From contig CM060733.1 of NCBI GenBank assembly GCA_030704615.1, positions 2,046,001 through 2,110,000 on the forward strand: a stretch of DNA of 64,000 nucleotides, given 5' to 3'. The translations under genes were made by a program, and so were the position numbers. Below are positions 61,828 through 64,000 of the stretch, piece after piece. A model generated the notes under the pieces. That model searched no databases and was not told the origin of the DNA. It saw nothing but the letters and a program-made list of their open reading frames with translations. The stretch's first letter is position 1, and each line of letters starts with the position of its first letter. This stretch comes from Takakia lepidozioides. Taxonomy: Eukaryota; Plantae; Bryophyta.

Positions 61828-64000
61828 TAGCACCTGTGTCGGGGGCTTATTACACCACTGCGTGTATATGCTGGGATTCTTGCATGTGATGAGTTCCATG
61901 CCTGAGTGTTTGGTTTTCTCCATTGGGGCGATTTTGCTGCAGATAACATGAAGAATGGCAAAACCTTGTGGGAGATGTCGCACATTCTTATGACTGTGGA
62001 GTTGTCCGCCGCTGGCAGCTCGAAGGGGGCAGGTAGGTTCGGGGGGGAAAGAGCAAGAGAAAGAGAAAGAAACAAAAAGAAAGAGAGAAGATAGAAAGAA
62101 ACACTTCCATGATTCGAGGGGGGAGGCAGCCGAGTCACATGAATACCAGTCCCGAGTCGCAGGCTGCGCTTGATTGTGGAGACACCCGTATGGATAAGTT
62201 CATCGCAGTGAGAAGAGCAGAAGGCCGACGAATAAATGGACTGCGTCCAGCTGCAGGGAAGCGAAGTGAATCCACTCACCCTTGGAAGTGCCCTGGTAGC
62301 AGCAGATCCTTCTCGTCCATAATGGCAAGAATCTTTGTTGACGGGGATAAATTGGAGCCAAGGCCTGGACAGTCTTCAATGAAAGCCCCCATGTGATCCC
62401 AGCATGAGGGTGAAGAGACAGATGTGCGAGCCGTGCTCGAAATTGTCAATCTTAGTGCGGAAAGTAGGGATTGGGCTGTTGTCAATTGGATTTTTTGCCA
62501 TGAAGATGTCAATGTCATTTGCAGTTATCCATAAGGATTCCATATTGATGCCGTCATTTGCCGTGACAAGAAAGGAAGGGGAGGGAAGTCGCCTGTAAAT
62601 CATGGAGTGATGCAGGTAGACTTGGGGTCAGCTTGAGAGAGGTTAAGTGGACAACCTTTAAGAGCAAGGGCTGGGAAGGGCTGAGCAGAACCAGGAGCTG
62701 ACTAGGAGCCCTGAGCTGGTAGGAGCTGACGGAGCAGAACCAGGAGCAGGCATCTCTGCTGCATGGCTTTGGAGATTGACGAGCATGCAAGCTGCTCATG
62801 CGCAACCCTTTGATCAGGTCTTTGATCGGCCGAATCGGCCAACACCCCACACCACCTCCTTGTTCCTGCTTGCTCGCGCAGGCTTGGCCATCGCTGCCCT
62901 CGTCTGCGTCCGCCTTGCTTCTCTCCTGGGCAATGACGAACATGAAGCCCCGTGAGAGCAAAGACCCGGAGTCCATAGTCGAGGAACGGCCTCGGGAACC
63001 CGTAGATAACCTGGGAACAGGTTGTAATGACGAGAACGTTTGGGTGTTAAAAAAAAATAAAATAAAAATCTTTTGATCTAATTTAAGGATTTAGAGCCTA
63101 ATTGGTCATATCTTTGTCAAATGGACTCTGTTTGACCCAGTTTTTGAGGGGATAGCTGCAGAAAGGGAAATCTACCTATCTAGACCTGGTTTTTGTTTTT
63201 GGGACTTGCTAAAAATCTATGGAATTTTTAGAGTGTGAGTGTGCCATGAAATATCCACAATCCTGTTTCTAGAACCTGTGCTGGCCTATATGAGAGACAA
63301 ACCTGTGGATGTACTCCTTGTATGGCTGGGGGAAATGAGGACGTAATTGAAGGGCAGGTCTCTTCTCTTAGCCTGTGCACACAAGGGGACAGATTATGTT
63401 TCCCAAGGAACTCAGACTGATTTGAGTGGAGAACAGTTGGACGAGTTGATTGCATACTGGGAGTCAGGCATTAGCAGTAGACAACAGACTGTAGTTGGCA
63501 TTGAGGGCCTCAATATCGCCTTGGACAGTCAGAACTCTGTTGGAGCCAGCAGTTCTGCAGCTGTAGGTGAAATACCAAAGTGGGTGAAAGCTAGGCTTGG
63601 AACACAGCCAAAGACAGCCCGGGGACCAAGGTGTTCAGCCACAAGGCCGTGGTGTACTGGAGCAGAGGAGCAGGAGCTACACAAGTTTGTGCAATCAGAC
63701 AGGTTGCAGCCGGATACGCTCTGCACAGGGCAACCACGAGCGGGGGTTCATCAGCAATGACATGTTTGTTGTGCGTGAAGGAGATGCAGTCATTCGCAAT
63801 GAGGACACCCGCAACCGTCTCAAAGCTTTCGAGTTGAGAGACTATCAGACCCTACCTTTGTTTTCTTTAGTGTTCAGTGAGCGGGAGATAGGGGAGTATT
63901 GCTTTGTCTCTACCTGGCAGAAAGAGGAGGAGGGTTGGTTAGAGCGAGCTACTGTAGCTTGGGACAAGGTTAGTGGCAGGTTTCTGGACATAGATATACC

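Noticed and set aside
62109-63076. Several overlapping ORFs of 60-150 aa
   Set aside because: No recognisable motif or consistent exon structure. Possibly a decayed gene, but it cannot be supported.
63347-63760. 137-aa plus-strand ORF
   Set aside because: Non-ATG start and no recognisable domain. May be an exon of something extending past the window.

Overview
Eukaryotic, transposon-dense, heavily rearranged plant DNA. It most likely comes from a non-seed land plant: it has a Tcn1-like chromovirus, a PHD-tipped Ty3/gypsy element, and plant F-box/kelch and MDAR fragments. Contents: (i) several pieces of a large non-chromovirus Ty3/gypsy family ('family A': ~1-kb LTR with a CACAGC minisatellite, Arg-type PBS, long extra 3' ORF); (ii) a Tcn1-like chromovirus with a Tf1-style self-priming site; (iii) a gypsy element whose integrase ends in a PHD finger; (iv) a CACTA/EnSpm transposase split by a Mutator-like (MULE) insertion; (v) three nested hAT MITEs; (vi) L1 LINE fragments; (vii) a few host genes or pseudogenes. 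The most notable observation is that the MULE carries, divergent from its SWIM transposase, a spliced gene for a bacterial-type beta-class N4C/N6A DNA methyltransferase domain (degenerate in this copy), with a 147-bp palindromic tandem array in one intron. Matching target-site duplications show that two elements were torn apart. The MULE/CACTA halves lie ~39 kb apart in swapped order (TSD CCATTACAG). The family-A LTR pair lies ~51 kb apart in opposite orientation (TSD GAGGA). Almost all TE ORFs are frameshifted, and some 1-bp deletions may be long-read consensus errors. All assignments come from reading motifs by eye; no database searches were run.
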